Part shown: piece by piece, positions 25,025 through 28,161 of the stretch
Numbering within the stretch: position 1 is the first letter of the stretch
Layout: each line of letters begins with the position of its first letter
NCBI GenBank assembly: GCA_044868695.1
Contig: JBIOWP010000159.1
Location: 1-28,161, forward strand
Direction of reading: 5' to 3'
DNA from: a bacterium
GTDB lineage: Bacteria > Sysuimicrobiota > Sysuimicrobiia > Sysuimicrobiales > Kaftiobacteriaceae
Length of the DNA: 28,161 nt
Made by a program: the position numbers and the translations under genes
Notes under the pieces: model-generated
The model's input: the letters and a program-made list of their open reading frames with translations, nothing else
Databases searched by the model: none
What the model was told of the DNA's origin: nothing

Positions 25025-26899
25025 TTACGGCCCCAGAATAAGCCCGAAGATGTTCTGGTCCAGTCCACCGGCGTTGGCACAGTTGTCGGCACTCCAGACG
25101 CCGGTAGTCGGGTTAAACACCCGACACTGCAGCACATCGAATCCGTCGGTACCGTTGTCGGGAGCGACCGCCGGATCATCGTACCGCGGGTCGGTTCCCG
25201 CGACCGTTTCACGCGAATCCGTCCAGAGCATTGCTACCGTGGAGCCGACAACGTCGACGTAGTTGTAGTCACCGAAGAAGGGGACGTCGCGGTTCCCGAA
25301 CTGTTCGTAATTCTGCAGATATGACACACTCGAGGCCTTCGCATGGCTCCATGTCGCCCCGCCGTCAGTGGACCAGGAATACCAGGTCTCCAGGCCGATG
25401 CCGGCGATCGACCCGGCGGCGCCTCCAACGTGAATGTTGCCGAATGGCACAGTGCGGTAATCCCCGCCGCTAGGCGTCCCGGGTGGACCGCTTGCGTTGT
25501 CGTTGCGACTGTCATGGTAGACGACATAGAGAACGCCGTTGTCGATGTCGACATCAGGATAAAACTGGTGACCCTGCGCCTGCGGATCGACTCGTGTCGC
25601 CTCCGACCACGTCGCCCCCCCATTCGTCGTCCTGGCGAAGTAGATCGACCCCTGGCTGCCGACGCCGTTCGCTACGGTGCCGTAAGTCGAGCCCGTCGCC
25701 GTCTGCGTGTCCGGCACCGTCGCCTCGACAACGACGTACGCTTCGTCACCCTCGCCTCCAACCGGGTCCGCGGTAATGCGCGGGCCGCTGTCCGCGCGCC
25801 CAAAGACGTAGCCTGACTGGCACGCCTGTGGTCCGTCACCACAATCCCTGCGCCGCGCACCCGAGAGTGATCGATCAACCATGTCCCAGTGGGTGAACTC
25901 GAATGCCACAGCCGGCTTCGTGAACGACCGGCCGCCGTTCGTCGACTTTACCCAGGCTACCGCGTCGTTCTGCTTCTGGGGGACGTCTTCCCCGGGGGTG
26001 AAGTCGAACTGGCGCCACGCGACAAAGACCGTGCCGGTTCGGCTGATGCCGATGTCGCACGACTGGTTGCCGTGTATTCCCTCTGAGATCTTCTGAATCC
26101 TGAATGTTCGGCCGCCATCGGTCGAGGTGGCGAACTCCACGAAGTTGTTGGAGCCGCCCGTGAATCGGGCCCAGCAGAGGTAGACGTTGCCCGCAAACGG
26201 ACTCGCCGTCCCCTTGTCTGCCTCAACCTCGATCTTGTCCTCGAAATGGCCGATACCGAATGGGCTAGGCGTCCCACGAGAGACGAGCGTCGTGAACTCG
26301 TAAATCGGCGCCGCCGCCACGGCGGGCCAGTGGTAGCGGGCGAGCCAGATGGACCCGTTCACGGGACGGACACGGTTAAAGGCGATGCCCGCGTAGTAGA
26401 GATGGTTGGATCTGTCCCACGCCTGCACGGGATCGCCGGAGCCCCCGACGAAAAGGTAGAGAGGAGACGCCTGGCCCGCGGTGGACGTATCCGTCGGATA
26501 GCCGGGAAGCAGGCTGTTCGCCCAGGTCGCTCCACCGTCCGATGAGTAGTAAAACCCCGCCCACGCGTCGCCGATCGTCTGCACGGCACAGTAATCGTTT
26601 GCACCCGCGGTCATATACAACGTGTTGAGCGGGTTGACCGCGACCGTTGGCTCGTTCTGCTGCCGCTCGCCGCTGCCCTCGGGAGTCCCATCACCTGCGG
26701 GTGGCGCACCATCCGGCCCCGGATCAGTCGAATCGTCCGAGCAGTTCGCAATCGTGGCGTCTGAGCCGCCGTCGTGCCGGACGTAGGCCTGGTCGCTCAC
26801 CTTCACCTCTCCCGGATCTGCCAGCGTCACCTCGGAGTTCATGAAGAGCAGCACAACGGCGAGACATATCACCGCCAATGGTGAGATACGTCTCCTCAT
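25025..26899 (-). CDS. Secreted Asp-box (BNR) repeat beta-propeller protein (sialidase-like fold, activity unknown)
   Basis: Signal peptide; Asp-boxes SSDGGATW, STDGGRTF, STNGGRSF, TTNGGATW, STDGGATW; shares motif blocks with 19820..21670. Confidence 0.87.
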   Translation of the reverse strand: MRRRISPLAVICLAVVLLFMNSEVTLADPGEVKVSDQAYVRHDGGSDATIANCSDDSTDPGPDGAPPAGDGTPEGSGERQQNEPTVAVNPLNTLYMTAGANDYCAVQTIGDAWAGFYYSSDGGATWANSLLPGYPTDTSTAGQASPLYLFVGGSGDPVQAWDRSNHLYYAGIAFNRVRPVNGSIWLARYHWPAVAAAPIYEFTTLVSRGTPSPFGIGHFEDKIEVEADKGTASPFAGNVYLCWARFTGGSNNFVEFATSTDGGRTFRIQKISEGIHGNQSCDIGISRTGTVFVAWRQFDFTPGEDVPQKQNDAVAWVKSTNGGRSFTKPAVAFEFTHWDMVDRSLSGARRRDCGDGPQACQSGYVFGRADSGPRITADPVGGEGDEAYVVVEATVPDTQTATGSTYGTVANGVGSQGSIYFARTTNGGATWSEATRVDPQAQGHQFYPDVDIDNGVLYVVYHDSRNDNASGPPGTPSGGDYRTVPFGNIHVGGAAGSIAGIGLETWYSWSTDGGATWSHAKASSVSYLQNYEQFGNRDVPFFGDYNYVDVVGSTVAMLWTDSRETVAGTDPRYDDPAVAPDNGTDGFDVLQCRVFNPTTGVWSADNCANAGGLDQNIFGLILGP

Positions 26900-26995
26900 A
26901 ACGCACCCCCAGCTGGCACGGATTGTTGGATCAAGGCGAATTGGTTGGATGGAGAAATTCGGCAGAGTGGGACGATGTTGGGATTTTGCTAAGCG

Positions 26996-28161
<1,166 letters not shown>

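Noticed and set aside
17084..26899. Secreted genes as integron cassettes
   Set aside because: No RYYYAAC...GTTRRRY attC pairs seen at the gene ends, no integrase, mixed orientation; the hairpins look like ordinary terminators.
26900..26995. Weak recurrence of TTGGAT/GTTGG in the ahcY-BNR spacer
   Set aside because: No consistent period; only two or three loose copies.

Overview
GC-rich bacterial chromosomal segment with about 23 protein-coding genes. I found no rRNA, tRNA, CRISPR array, transposase or integrase. Left part: a polar/basic amino-acid ABC binding protein and permease, divergent from a Dpp/Opp-type permease-permease-binding-protein operon (no ATPase gene in either); a glyoxylate reductase-like dehydrogenase; and a 406-aa unknown protein divergent from a REC-GGDEF protein whose catalytic site is degenerate (WADKF) but whose RxxD I-site is intact. 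Middle: rlmD (no TRAM domain)-plsC-TPR/lytic transglycosylase operon; nitroreductase plus two exported unknown proteins; carbamate kinase and a class I aminotransferase separated by an 8-bp tandem repeat. Right part: four large secreted proteins (two S8 subtilases, two paralogous Asp-box/BNR beta-propellers), each followed by its own strong hairpin, interleaved with an Ord/amine-dehydrogenase-like gene, comF and a 5'-truncated ahcY. Best leads: the degenerate REC-GGDEF with its divergent wHTH/Zn-ribbon/pseudo-nuclease-like partner, the subtilase/BNR secreted cluster, and intergenic 8-/9-mer tandem repeats. All functional calls come from motif recognition by eye; no searches were run.
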